Assembly: GCA_963666345.1 (NCBI GenBank)
Contig: OY762721.1
Location: 3,008,001-3,072,000, forward strand
From: Desulfatiglandales bacterium
GTDB lineage: Bacteria > Desulfobacterota > DSM-4660 > Desulfatiglandales > Desulfatiglandaceae
DNA: 64,000 nucleotides
Direction of reading: 5' to 3'
Shown piece after piece: positions 18,849 to 28,750 of this stretch (the first letter of the stretch is position 1; each line of letters begins with the position of its first letter). The position numbers and the translations under genes were made by a program. The notes beneath the pieces are model-generated. The model did not search any database. It was not told the origin of the DNA and saw nothing but the letters and a program-made list of their open reading frames with translations.

Positions 18849-19610
18849 ATGATATGTGAAAAGGGTGGACACACTACTTTTCGGTTCCCTAAGATGTCCC
18901 TTGAGACTATGCTTCGTCACGCGGTTTTTTCCCGCCGGGGCGGTTTTAGTAAGGCACCCTTTGAATCGCTTAATACATCCTATTCGGTAGGTGATGTTGA
19001 AGGGGCTGTTACTAAGAATCTTTACGGGATCATGGGGAATATAGGCGCTGCCGGTTTGTTTTTTATGGAACAGTGTCATGGCGCACGGGCCGTAATAATC
19101 AGGGGAAGGAGCACCGACGGTCTGATAAAAATTCCGGATGCCGATGCGCTTATTACGAATGAGCCGGGAATGGCCTTAATGGTTAAGCAGGCTGATTGTC
19201 AGGGGGTTATTATCTTTGATCCCCAAAAAGAGGTGCTTGCCGTTGCTCACTGCGGCTGGAGGGGAAATGTCCTGAACATACTTGGAAAGGTCGTCAAAAT
19301 GATGGCGGATGAATTCGGAGCAAGCCCCGATATGCTGAAGGCCGCCATCGGGCCTTCTCTAGGTCCGTGCTGCGCGGAATTTATAACGTATCAAGATATC
19401 TTCCCCGCCTCCTTTAAGGATTGTATGGTTAGAGACGGCTACTTTGATCTCTGGTCATTGAGCCGCAGGCAGCTCATGGATGCCGGACTTGTGGAGGGTA
19501 ATATAGAAACGGCACGAATTTGCACCCGCTGTAACAGAAACCTCTTTTATTCCTATCGCGGGGAGGCAAAAACAGGTCGTTTTGCCACCGTTGCAATGCT
19601 CAACAAATGA
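18849..19610 (+). CDS. pgeF: YfiH/PgeF (laccase-domain) family protein
   Basis: FSRRGG, QCHG, DALIT, ADC, AHCGWRG, IGPS, FYSYR. Confidence 0.9.
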   Translation: MICEKGGHTTFRFPKMSLETMLRHAVFSRRGGFSKAPFESLNTSYSVGDVEGAVTKNLYGIMGNIGAAGLFFMEQCHGARAVIIRGRSTDGLIKIPDADALITNEPGMALMVKQADCQGVIIFDPQKEVLAVAHCGWRGNVLNILGKVVKMMADEFGASPDMLKAAIGPSLGPCCAEFITYQDIFPASFKDCMVRDGYFDLWSLSRRQLMDAGLVEGNIETARICTRCNRNLFYSYRGEAKTGRFATVAMLNK

Positions 19611-19769
19611 TCACAGTGCCTTATATGTCATTTCCACTGAAACCGCGCCAAGGTGTCAGGCCGAAAAAGGCCGGAAGACGGAATGACGTTGCGGAAAGGA
19701 AGGTCCGCTTTTTCTCCCTCTTTGTAAGCCGCCCGGATTTTTGAGTAAATCTTGTTTGCCCTCATAAAA

Positions 19770-19821
19770 ATACTATATATTGAAAACATTTATTGACATA
19801 CCGCAATATATTGGGTATTCT
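19770..19821 (+). promoter_or_regulatory. nrdD promoter with tandem NrdR boxes
   Basis: ATACTATATATTGAAA (19770) and CCGCAATATATTGGGT (19801), 31 bp apart, fit the NrdR consensus acaCwAtATaTwGtgt; TTGACA 19793-19798, 17 bp, TATTCT 19816-19821. Confidence 0.85.
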
Positions 19822-19944
19822 CCTCGGTATTGTCAAAAAAATACTGCAGATCGTCGATCCCTTTCAGGAGGGTCTTTTTCCAGACCCGGATGCAGGTCCT
19901 TATCAATGAGATATCTTAATCCTCTACCTTAAAAGGTGCTATAA

Positions 19945-22035
19945 ATGTTTGAAACAATCGAAAAGCGAGATGGAAGGGTCGTTGAATTTGACTCTACAAA
20001 GATAACCGTTGCCATTACAAGGGCGGGTGAAGCTACAGGCGAGTTCGGGCACAGAGAGGCGCTTAAAATGACCCTGAAGGTGTTGACCCTGGCGCATGAA
20101 CTGCGACTGGGGCCTTTGCCCAAAGTGGAAGATATCCAGGACATCGTAGAGAGGGTGATCCTGGACAGCCCCTTCTATAGGACGGCAAAGGCATACATAC
20201 TCTACCGGGAACAGCACGCACAGATAAGGAGCATGGTTACGAAGGCAAGCGTTGACCTTGTGGAAAACTATATCCAGAAAATGGACTGGAAGATCAAGGA
20301 AAACAGCAATATGAGTTATTCCCTTCAGGGGCTGAACAACTATATCTCATCCGATGTTACATCGGAATACTGGCTCAGTAAGATTTATCCGCCTGAGATA
20401 AGAGAGGCCCACAAGAGTGGGGATTTTCATATCCACGATCTCAGCCTGCTGTCGGTCTACTGCGTAGGCTGGGACCTGAAGGATCTCCTAAAGCAGGGTT
20501 TCAAGGGAGTGGGAGGCAAGATAGAAAGCGGGCCTCCAAAGCACCTGAGGTCGGCCCTCGGGCAGGTAGTCAATTTTTTCTATACCCTTCAGGGGGAGGC
20601 TGCAGGCGCTCAGGCCATTTCCAACTTCGATACACTGCTTGCCCCTTTTGTTCGTTATGACGGCCTTGAATATGACAGGGTCAAACAGGCCCTCCAGGAA
20701 TTCGTTTTTAACATAAACATACCCACTCGTGTCGGTTTTCAGACCCCTTTCACAAATATAACCCTTGACCTTGAACCACCTTCCACCCTGGCAAACGACA
20801 GGGTTGTTTTCGGCGGACAGGAAAGAGAAGAAAAATATGGTGAATTTCAGGAAGAGATGGATCTGATAAACAGCGCATTCGCAGAGGTGATGATGGCCGG
20901 GGACGCCAAGGGAAGGGTCTTTACCTTTCCCATCCCGACCTACAACATCACATCTGATTTCGAATGGGATAATCCAAGACTTGACATGATCTGGAAAATG
21001 ACCGGGAAATACGGGATCCCGTATTTTTCCAATTTCGTCAACTCGGATATGTCACCTGAGGACGCAAGATCGATGTGCTGTCGCCTGCGCCTGGACAACA
21101 GGGAGCTACTGAAAAGAGGCGGAGGCCTTTTCGGTGCGAATCCTCTGACCGGATCGATAGGGGTCGTGACCATAAATCTTCCCAGGATAGGGTATCTTTC
21201 TGAGAACGAAAAAGACTTCTTCGATCGGCTGGGAAAAATGGTGGTAATGGCAAAGGATAGCCTTTCAATCAAGCGCAAGGTACTTGAAAGATTTACCGAA
21301 AAAAATCTATACCCCTATTCTCATTTCTATCTGAGGGATATAAAGGAGGGTACCGGGCTTTACTGGAAAAATCATTTTTCCACCATAGGTATCCTAGGGA
21401 TGAATGAGGCATGCCTCAATTTTATGGGAAGCGATATCGGCAGTGAGGAGGGAAGAGGCTTCTCCCTCAAGGTAATGGATTTTCTTCGTGAGACGATTTC
21501 CGGAATTCAGGCGGAAACAGGTGATATCTTCAATCTTGAAGCAACTCCCGCCGAGGGGACTTCATATCGCCTCGCAATGCTCGACAAGGAAAATTTTCAT
21601 GACATACTCTGCGCGAATGAAGAGGATTTCAGATCCGGTTCCGCGCCCTTTTATACGAATTCGACCCATCTTCCCGTAAATTACACCGAGGATATCTTTG
21701 AGACTCTGGTGCTTCAAGATGAACTTCAAACGAAATATACCGGAGGAACCGTTCTTCATATATATCTGGGAGAGCAGATAAGCGATATCTCCGTGGTCAA
21801 AGATCTTCTGAAAAAGGTCGTAACCAAATTTCGTCTTCCCTACTTTACGCTTACCCCCACTTTCAGCATTTGCCCTTCCCATGGTTACCAGAACGGTAAA
21901 CAGGAAAGATGCCCGGTATGTAATGAAGAGACGGAGGTCTACTCCAGGGTCGTGGGATATCTCAGGCCGGTAAAGCAATGGAATGACGGAAAACGGGCCG
22001 AATTCGACATGAGAAAGATATTTAAAGTGGCCTGA
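19945..22035 (+). CDS. nrdD: Anaerobic (class III) ribonucleoside-triphosphate reductase with ATP cone
   Basis: EKRDGR ATP cone, RSMCCRL finger loop, CPSH..CPVC, YSRVVGYLRPV glycyl-radical motif. Confidence 0.96.
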   Translation: MFETIEKRDGRVVEFDSTKITVAITRAGEATGEFGHREALKMTLKVLTLAHELRLGPLPKVEDIQDIVERVILDSPFYRTAKAYILYREQHAQIRSMVTKASVDLVENYIQKMDWKIKENSNMSYSLQGLNNYISSDVTSEYWLSKIYPPEIREAHKSGDFHIHDLSLLSVYCVGWDLKDLLKQGFKGVGGKIESGPPKHLRSALGQVVNFFYTLQGEAAGAQAISNFDTLLAPFVRYDGLEYDRVKQALQEFVFNINIPTRVGFQTPFTNITLDLEPPSTLANDRVVFGGQEREEKYGEFQEEMDLINSAFAEVMMAGDAKGRVFTFPIPTYNITSDFEWDNPRLDMIWKMTGKYGIPYFSNFVNSDMSPEDARSMCCRLRLDNRELLKRGGGLFGANPLTGSIGVVTINLPRIGYLSENEKDFFDRLGKMVVMAKDSLSIKRKVLERFTEKNLYPYSHFYLRDIKEGTGLYWKNHFSTIGILGMNEACLNFMGSDIGSEEGRGFSLKVMDFLRETISGIQAETGDIFNLEATPAEGTSYRLAMLDKENFHDILCANEEDFRSGSAPFYTNSTHLPVNYTEDIFETLVLQDELQTKYTGGTVLHIYLGEQISDISVVKDLLKKVVTKFRLPYFTLTPTFSICPSHGYQNGKQERCPVCNEETEVYSRVVGYLRPVKQWNDGKRAEFDMRKIFKVA

Positions 22036-22078
22036 TTATGGAAACCAGGCGACCTTCCGACTTATAAGGAACAGGATA

Positions 22079-22777
22079 ATGGTGCTAGGGGGTGTTCAGA
22101 AAAATTCTTTTATAGACTATCCCGGCAGGATAAGCTGCGTCCTGTTTTTCTCAGGCTGCAATTTTGACTGCCCTTATTGTCACAACCCTGAGCTTGTAAG
22201 GGGGACTTCATCATGCCTGAGGTCGCTGGATGAAGATGCAGCGCTTTCATTTTTGAGTAAGCGAAGAGATTTTTTGGACGGGGTGGTAATCTCGGGCGGT
22301 GAACCAACGCTCAATCGGGATCTGAGGCCTTTTTGCGAAAAGATCAAGACGATGGGTTACCGGCTTAAGCTTGACACGAACGGGAGTTGCCCCAAGATGG
22401 TGGACAAACTCCTGGAAGCGGGGCTGGTTGATTATATAGCCATGGATATCAAGACCGATCCGTATAAATATTCCAGGTTTATCTCCAAAACCTGCAGCCC
22501 CGAGAATATTCTTTCAAGTATAAGGATAACAATGGAACGTGCTCCCGCCTATGAATTCAGGACCACCTGTGTTAAGCCGATTGTGGACGAAGAGATAATA
22601 GGCGATATCTCGGAGATCATAAAAGGCGCGATGCTTTATGCCCTTCAGGATGTCAATCAAAAAGAGGTGCTGCACCCCGAGTTTTTCAAAAACGGGGACA
22701 GCGGCTTTGATCACGATGAGCTTATGGTCCTTAAATCCATAGTCGAACCGTGTGTCAAAAAATGCATCGTGAGGTGA
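22079..22777 (+). CDS. nrdG: Anaerobic RNR activating radical SAM enzyme
   Basis: CNFDCPYC, ISGGEPT, KLDTNG; follows nrdD. Confidence 0.93.
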   Translation: MVLGGVQKNSFIDYPGRISCVLFFSGCNFDCPYCHNPELVRGTSSCLRSLDEDAALSFLSKRRDFLDGVVISGGEPTLNRDLRPFCEKIKTMGYRLKLDTNGSCPKMVDKLLEAGLVDYIAMDIKTDPYKYSRFISKTCSPENILSSIRITMERAPAYEFRTTCVKPIVDEEIIGDISEIIKGAMLYALQDVNQKEVLHPEFFKNGDSGFDHDELMVLKSIVEPCVKKCIVR

Positions 22778-22828
22778 TGCTTTCCCGGGATTTCCGGTTG
22801 CGGGGACGCCGGCCCATTTTTCTAAAGG

Positions 22829-23077
22829 TCAATTCAGGGAGGTGAGGATGCCTTTGTATTCGAAAAGCGGTTCCATAGTCGGAGGTTCATCCTCCAGGGG
22901 AATATTTATCCTGTCGGACCTTTTTCTGACCCATTCATCGAAGTGCCTCTTAAGGGTAGGATCATGGAAATACCATGTTTCGCCCAGAAATTTAAGTTCT
23001 TCTATTACCCGCCAGTAGATATACATGATACATTTCCTTTTATCGATTATCGCGATTAGGCCAACAGGATCTGTCAT
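22829..23077 (-). CDS. Hypothetical protein (82 aa)
   Basis: Only sizeable ORF in the gap; protein-like composition; no family recognised. Confidence 0.5.
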   Translation of the reverse strand: MTDPVGLIAIIDKRKCIMYIYWRVIEELKFLGETWYFHDPTLKRHFDEWVRKRSDRINIPLEDEPPTMEPLFEYKGILTSLN

Positions 23078-23227
23078 ATGGCACTGTTTTTTTTGACTTT
23101 ACAAAATCAAATTCAATCATTTAGATAAACAACATGCCGTCATAAGTCAAGCTCGCTCTTTTATCGGCAGGCCCGAAGGACATCTCTTTCGGGTACGATA
23201 ACCTATATCTTATGAGGAAACATTGAA

Positions 23228-23409
23228 ATGGAAGAAATAACCTACCGGCCGATAGGTATAATCAGGTCGCCCTTTAAGGAGCCGAAGGGGACACCCATCC
23301 AGCCCGGCGCCGCTGAAGGCATTGAAGTAGAAGTCGAAAAAATAGGATGGCTTGAAAAAAGGTCTCCAGGCTTCCTTCTCAAAGAGATGACGGAAGGTTT
23401 ATGAAATAG
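23228..23409 (+). pseudogene. Internally deleted tsaA/trmO (tRNA m6t6A37 methyltransferase) remnant
   Basis: MEEITYRPIGIIRSPFKEPKGTPIQP aligns with the intact copy at 56303 (IIFKPIGIIHSPHKELSDIPIQP), joined directly to C-terminal-like KIGWLEK and frameshifted RDDGRFMK*. Confidence 0.8.
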
Positions 23410-23413
23410 CCGT

Positions 23414-25789
23414 TTACACTCCCAGCCCCAGAACAAGCCCTGTCTGCCTGATTATGAGAGCGACCAGGTAAGCCGCACAAAGATTAAAGCCTATTGAAAA
23501 TCCTGCCCAGCCCCAGGAGCTTTCTTTTTTGATGCTTATTACGGTAACGAAGCATGGGACATAGAGCATCGTGAAAATCAGCATGGTAAAAGCCGTGAGC
23601 GGATTCCAATCGGAAGAATTCCGTAATCTGTCGGATAAGCTTTTTGTCTCCTCTGCGCCGGTTTCTCCCAGGGAGTAGGCCGTACCGAGGGTGGATACAA
23701 CCACCTCCTTGGCTGCAAATCCCCCTACAAGCGCGATATTCGTCCTGTAATCAAATCCAAGGGGTTTCGTTATGGCTTCAAGCCTTATACCCAGCCATCC
23801 GGCAAAGGTGCCTTTGAGTGTCTCCTGCTGCCTCCGGTATCCCAGTTCCCTGATCTGTTTTCTGTAGGAAAGATAATCGGATGCGGATTTAAGCCTTGTC
23901 GTTTCGATTTTTCCACTCTTGTTATCCTGCGTATCTATCAGATATGCGGCCTGCGCAAGTGAGATAAGGGAACCTTTTGATTCCTGCGGAATTTTGTCCG
24001 GCAGGCCCATGGAGCCTTTAATGGAGTCATAGGTCATGTCAAGTTCCGATAGGTCGTTTTCATCCCGGATAATGTCCGTTATAGAAGGTTTCTGAAGGAA
24101 TTGAGCGGTAATTTGATCCCTCTCATTATCCAGGCGTGATGCCTGGTCTTCGGAAAGGCCGGGGAAGGTCATCATGGCCCAGAGGACGATCGAAAAACCG
24201 AGTATTACGGTGCCCGCCTTTTTTATATATTGCCATGTCCTTTCCCATGTGTGTATCCAGAGTCCTTTAAGCGTCGGAAGGCGATAAGGCGGCAGTTCCA
24301 TGACAAAAGGGGTCTTGGGTCCTTTAAGAATGGTTGAGCGAATGATCTTGGCCGCGAAAAGTGCGAACCCCCATGAAAGCAGGGTAAGCAGAAACAGCAT
24401 TCTGGCCTTGTTTTGTGAAAAAAAGGCCCCGATAAGTACGGCATAGACAGGCAGTTTCGCTCCGCAGTTCATAAAAGGCACTGCCAGAAGGGTTGCTATC
24501 CTTTCTTTTGGGTCTCTCAAGGTCCTTGTAGCCATTACACCTGGTACCGCGCATCCCCCTGAGATGCCTCCGCTTACGATGAGGGCCATGACCGAATTTC
24601 CATGAAGACCGAACCATCGAAGGACACGGTCCAGCATGTAGGCCACCCTTGCCATGTAGCCGGAGTCTTCCATTATGGCGATCGTGAAGAACATGAACAT
24701 AATAAGGGGGACAAACCCAAGGACTCCGCCTACCCCGTCTATGACCCCGGAAACTATGAGAGACTGAAGCATGCCGGGTGGAATTATGCCTGATACAAAA
24801 AAGGCCAGTTGATTAAAAAAGGCCCCGAACCATTCAATGGGGATCTCGCTTGCTGAAAAGGTAAATTCATATACCGCGTAAAGGATTCCCATCATGATAA
24901 GGGGACCGGCAATACGGTTTGTGGCCACCTTATCGATCTTGTCCGATAGATTGAGCCTCGCCTCTATCTTCCTTTTTATGACCCGCTTTGTTATGCCTGT
25001 TATGTAGCCGTAGCGATAATCGGCAATTATTGCTTCCGGATCTTCATCAAGGGTATCCCTGGTGTGTTTTTCGGTCTTATTGCAGATGTCCTCGATTTTG
25101 CTTCCCAAAGCGGGATCTCTGTTTAAGAGGGCGATCATGGGATTATCGCCTTCAAGACATTTAAGTGCCCTCCACCTTGCAGGATATTTTGCGTCAAATA
25201 CCTTTGATTTATTTATGATGTCTTCCATCTCGCCCAGGCTGTGGTCGATATCCATGCCGTAGGAGAGATTAAGGGTGTTCCAGCCGATCTCTTGCTGTGC
25301 GGATTCTATCAAGGTATCCAGGAGATCTACCACACCCTTGCTTGATCTGGCTACCATAGGAACTACAGGGACCCCCAATAGCTCCGAAAGCATCCGGTGA
25401 TCAATAATAATGCCTCTTGACTCAGCCATGTCCACCATATTGAGGGCGACTATCAAAGGAATTCCCAGTTCCTTGAACTGGATCGTCAGGTAAAGATTTC
25501 TGTCGAGATTGGAGGCGTCAACGATATCTACTACCAGGTCGGGCCTTTCATTTATAAGAAAATCCCTGGCAACGATTTCTTCAAGCGAATAGGCGGTTAG
25601 GGAATATGTCCCGGGAAGATCCACTACCTCGATTTCATGGCCCTTGTGAACGACCTTTCCTACTTTTTTCTCGACGGTTACACCCGGATAATTGGCGATC
25701 TGCTGCCTTGCGCCTGTAATTTCATTAAAGACGGTCGTCTTGCCGGAGTTAGGGTTTCCCGCAAGTGCAATGGTCAACTTTTTTGTCAT
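23414..25789 (-). CDS. feoB: Ferrous iron transporter B
   Basis: GNPNSGKT, NYPGVTVE, DLPGTYSL, EDSGYMAR, PFMNCGAKL, AKEVVVS, LYVPC. Confidence 0.97.
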   Translation of the reverse strand: MTKKLTIALAGNPNSGKTTVFNEITGARQQIANYPGVTVEKKVGKVVHKGHEIEVVDLPGTYSLTAYSLEEIVARDFLINERPDLVVDIVDASNLDRNLYLTIQFKELGIPLIVALNMVDMAESRGIIIDHRMLSELLGVPVVPMVARSSKGVVDLLDTLIESAQQEIGWNTLNLSYGMDIDHSLGEMEDIINKSKVFDAKYPARWRALKCLEGDNPMIALLNRDPALGSKIEDICNKTEKHTRDTLDEDPEAIIADYRYGYITGITKRVIKRKIEARLNLSDKIDKVATNRIAGPLIMMGILYAVYEFTFSASEIPIEWFGAFFNQLAFFVSGIIPPGMLQSLIVSGVIDGVGGVLGFVPLIMFMFFTIAIMEDSGYMARVAYMLDRVLRWFGLHGNSVMALIVSGGISGGCAVPGVMATRTLRDPKERIATLLAVPFMNCGAKLPVYAVLIGAFFSQNKARMLFLLTLLSWGFALFAAKIIRSTILKGPKTPFVMELPPYRLPTLKGLWIHTWERTWQYIKKAGTVILGFSIVLWAMMTFPGLSEDQASRLDNERDQITAQFLQKPSITDIIRDENDLSELDMTYDSIKGSMGLPDKIPQESKGSLISLAQAAYLIDTQDNKSGKIETTRLKSASDYLSYRKQIRELGYRRQQETLKGTFAGWLGIRLEAITKPLGFDYRTNIALVGGFAAKEVVVSTLGTAYSLGETGAEETKSLSDRLRNSSDWNPLTAFTMLIFTMLYVPCFVTVISIKKESSWGWAGFSIGFNLCAAYLVALIIRQTGLVLGLGV

Positions 25790-25991
25790 ATCTTCCTTCC
25801 TCAGGCCTTAATATTCGCAGTAAATAGATCCGTTTTTTATCAAAAAAGCGGAAATAGATATTAATGTGCCCCAAAGGTCATCTGAGTTATCTTTTCAAAT
25901 TATTCAAGGAGGGCCTGCTCCTCCGGTAACATTATCCGGCAAAGGAAATGATCGAGACCAGGACCTTTATTCCCCTGCAGGCAATGAAAAA

Positions 25992-26237
25992 TCACTCATC
26001 AGTTTCGATCTCCACGTAAATGCCGTCCGCCTCATTGTTTCTCAATGTAAGGACATAGTCCTTAATCTTAACCGCCACAGGGTCCCTCAGGGGGGCGCGG
26101 CCCTGAATCTTTATCGGGGTGTTTGTGACAAGGCCCATTTCCCTGATCCTGCGACCCATTTCACCGTTTGCGTTTACCTTTTTTATGATTCCCTGCTGAT
26201 TATCGGACATCTCTCTCATGGTTATTATTTTTTTCAT
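25992..26237 (-). CDS. feoA: Ferrous iron transport protein A
   Basis: RRIREMGL, APLRDP, LRNNEA; upstream of feoB. Confidence 0.92.
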   Translation of the reverse strand: MKKIITMREMSDNQQGIIKKVNANGEMGRRIREMGLVTNTPIKIQGRAPLRDPVAVKIKDYVLTLRNNEADGIYVEIETDE

Positions 26238-26291
26238 ATGTGATCATTCCCTTGATTTTTTCTTCAATAATTCTTGCGAAAATTTTTTGAA

Positions 26292-26327
26292 AATGCCTTG
26301 ACAGGCATTACCTTGACCCCTTATATT
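26292..26327 (+). promoter_or_regulatory. Sigma-70 promoter for the DtxR-family gene with a palindrome over the -35
   Basis: TTGACA 26298-26303, 18 bp, TATATT 26322-26327; AATGCCT-TGAC-AGGCATT palindrome. Confidence 0.5.
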
Positions 26328-26366
26328 AGATACACAAAACAAAGTTAGGGTCAAGAACAAATTGCC

Positions 26367-26936
26367 ATGCTAAAAGATAAAAAAAATAGTATCAGCGAAA
26401 GGCCTATAACCCCTGCAATGGAGGATTATCTTGAGGCAATCTATGATCTTGGAAAAGAGAAAAGGGCCGTACGTGTAAAAGATATAGCCAAAAGGCTTAA
26501 TGTAAAGATGCCTACGGTCACGAATATGCTTAAAAGCCTTGCCAAGAGAGGCCTTATTGAATATGAAAAATATGAGTACCTGGAGCTGAGTGATGAGGGG
26601 GATAAGGTAGGCAGGGAAATACATAGGCGGCACAAGATACTGTGCAGCTTTCTCGCTGATATCCTGAAAATTGATCGTGGGAAGGCTGATGATGAGGCAT
26701 GCAGCATGGAACATGGTATAAGTCATGATACCCTTGACAGGCTGGTATCTTTTATGGAATTTTTACAGTCCTGTCCGAGGGCCGGATTATCATGGCTGGA
26801 TAATTTTGATGAATTCCGCCTCCATGGAACTGACAAGGAAAAGTGTATGGGGCGCATACAGAAGTTCTCGAACGGTCTTAGAGAAAAGATAGGTCGTCTT
26901 GAGGATAGAGGAGCCAAATTCAATGATTTTGAGTAA
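26367..26936 (+). CDS. DtxR/MntR family metal-dependent regulator
   Basis: MEDYLEAIY, DIAKRLNVKMPTV, RRH, EACSMEH. Confidence 0.92.
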   Translation: MLKDKKNSISERPITPAMEDYLEAIYDLGKEKRAVRVKDIAKRLNVKMPTVTNMLKSLAKRGLIEYEKYEYLELSDEGDKVGREIHRRHKILCSFLADILKIDRGKADDEACSMEHGISHDTLDRLVSFMEFLQSCPRAGLSWLDNFDEFRLHGTDKEKCMGRIQKFSNGLREKIGRLEDRGAKFNDFE

Positions 26937-27138
26937 TGTCCCCTCTGGAAAAGAGGTGACTTTAACTGACATAAATGGAGGAAGGGGGCTTAGGTCAAAG
27001 CTCTACAGTATGGGTCTGATCCCGGGCGTTCGTCTCAGGGTCCTGTGCGGTGATGGAGGAGGGCCTTTAATGATCTGTGTAAGGGATTCGAGGCTTGCCC
27101 TAGGAAGGGGCATGGCACAGAAGATAATAGTTGAGTAA
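26923..27138 (+). CDS. feoA: Second FeoA-domain protein
   Basis: KLYSMGLIPG, RLALGRGMAQKI; GAGGAG RBS before ATG 26923. Confidence 0.88.
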   Translation: MILSNVPSGKEVTLTDINGGRGLRSKLYSMGLIPGVRLRVLCGDGGGPLMICVRDSRLALGRGMAQKIIVE

Positions 27139-27164
27139 ATCCCAAGGCTGTTTTATTAACCGGT

Positions 27165-28160
27165 TCATTCAGGTCTCACAAATAGCACCGAGCAATAACC
27201 TACCACCCATTGTCCCCTGCCTGAGGGAAAGTAATCGCCACTGTTTTTGTAGTGCAGTACAAGTCCCCTGCTGCATCCCCGGCGTTTTGAAAAGCGCATT
27301 ACGGCAAGTACGGGACCTATGCCGCAGAAGGATTGCTTTTCAGGGTTCCAGGATTTTCGGATCGAAGGATAATCAAGGCTTTTCACCCTCTCCAGTGTGT
27401 CCCTGTCGGTTGCCGAAACCAGATCATAGTCGGGGGCATGCATCATATCAGAGCTGGCTATGACCAGAATACTTTTGGTATCGGCAAGTTTGTTCAGCGC
27501 TTCAACCAGTTCTTCTATCGTGTCTTCCTCATGGTCCCCCATAATACCCACAACAACCTGCGCGTTAGGTACTGCCGCCTGCACAAAAGGTATCTCGTTT
27601 TCGGCCGAATGCTCACCGATGTGAGGCCTGTAATCAAAAAATATCCTGCCACTCTGGGAGCAGAGAAATTGAGCAGCCTCCTTGTCAAGTTTCAACGGAC
27701 CGAGGGGAGTTTCAATGAAGTCGCCGTCCATGAGGGCTACGCCGGAAAATATCCCCCGGTGCCTGAGACCCAGGATGACAACTGTTTCAGGATCTTTTAG
27801 CGATCTTGCATTGTCCCTTATGGCGCGAAATGCGTATCCCGCGACTTTTCCGGAATATATGTAGCCGGCATGAGGCGAAATGGCTCCGATAATTCTGCCC
27901 TTTACACTTGCGCACTGGGCGTTTTCCATGAAGTCTTCGACCATCTTCTTGAGTCGTTTCCCTTCTGAAGGAAACCACTTGCCTGCTCCGTTCAGATTCC
28001 TTATAAGGGGCGTGTCTTTTCGTTTATCTTCGGCTGTAATGCCTGCTAAGCAGATAGATGCCAAACATGAGACGGAAAGGAATGAAAAAAGCAGAAATAC
28101 CTTGAATTTAACACTCGAAGTTCTTTGTGAACAATGGGCCTTTTTTATAATCACGTACAT
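27165..28160 (-). CDS. MEMO1 family (AmmeMemoRadiSam protein B) with signal-peptide-like N-terminus
   Basis: AGKWFP, PHAGYIYSG, ETPLG, EHSAENEIPF, IASSDMMH, CG, VVGY; start uncertain. Confidence 0.88.
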   Translation of the reverse strand: MYVIIKKAHCSQRTSSVKFKVFLLFSFLSVSCLASICLAGITAEDKRKDTPLIRNLNGAGKWFPSEGKRLKKMVEDFMENAQCASVKGRIIGAISPHAGYIYSGKVAGYAFRAIRDNARSLKDPETVVILGLRHRGIFSGVALMDGDFIETPLGPLKLDKEAAQFLCSQSGRIFFDYRPHIGEHSAENEIPFVQAAVPNAQVVVGIMGDHEEDTIEELVEALNKLADTKSILVIASSDMMHAPDYDLVSATDRDTLERVKSLDYPSIRKSWNPEKQSFCGIGPVLAVMRFSKRRGCSRGLVLHYKNSGDYFPSGRGQWVVGYCSVLFVRPE

Positions 28161-28750
28161 ATCTTTTGAGGCCTTTTGGAAGATATCATTTGCGAAAAAT
28201 TGATTCTTTTACTGATACTCGGAATATATCAAAAAAAGGGTTTTTCCACAATTTGTTAAAAAAGAAGGAAATCCCCCCTGAAATAATCTGATCTCGCAGA
28301 TCACACAAAAATATTACGTTTAATAAAAGTTCCCCGGGGTCGTTGGGTTTAGGGAGCCGAATGTCTGTTTTTCAAAATTTTTACTGGCGTTACCCGTCCG
28401 GGCTCCTCTGATTTTTTGATGAAGGAAAATTTGAATCATATGAAAGCAGACTTTGGACGGGTAAGCCTTGAGCATTTCAATCGAAATCCGGAATGGCTTT
28501 TCGTTTGAATAATGTCTTAAACAACAGGCTGTTTTAGAAATTGCCCGGCAATGATATCCTTCGGTAGCCTTTTCCAAATCCGGCAACCGGTTATTTTAAC
28601 TTGACATATAAAGTGCTCAATAATATTTGAAAATGCTGTAACTGTAATTGATGAAGACCTCGTGGATTTTTTCTTGATAAGAGTAAGAAAACTCTTTTGC
28701 CTGATTTTCCAAACTGAATTAAATACGCTTTTTTAACGGGAGGGTAAAAA

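Noticed and set aside
19945..22035. Intein or intron in nrdD
   Set aside because: Continuous 696-aa frame of normal size; no splicing or homing-endonuclease motifs seen
26325..26360. DtxR operator in the feoA/dtxR intergenic region
   Set aside because: Only TTAG half-sites with no convincing 19-bp palindrome; plausible but unsupported
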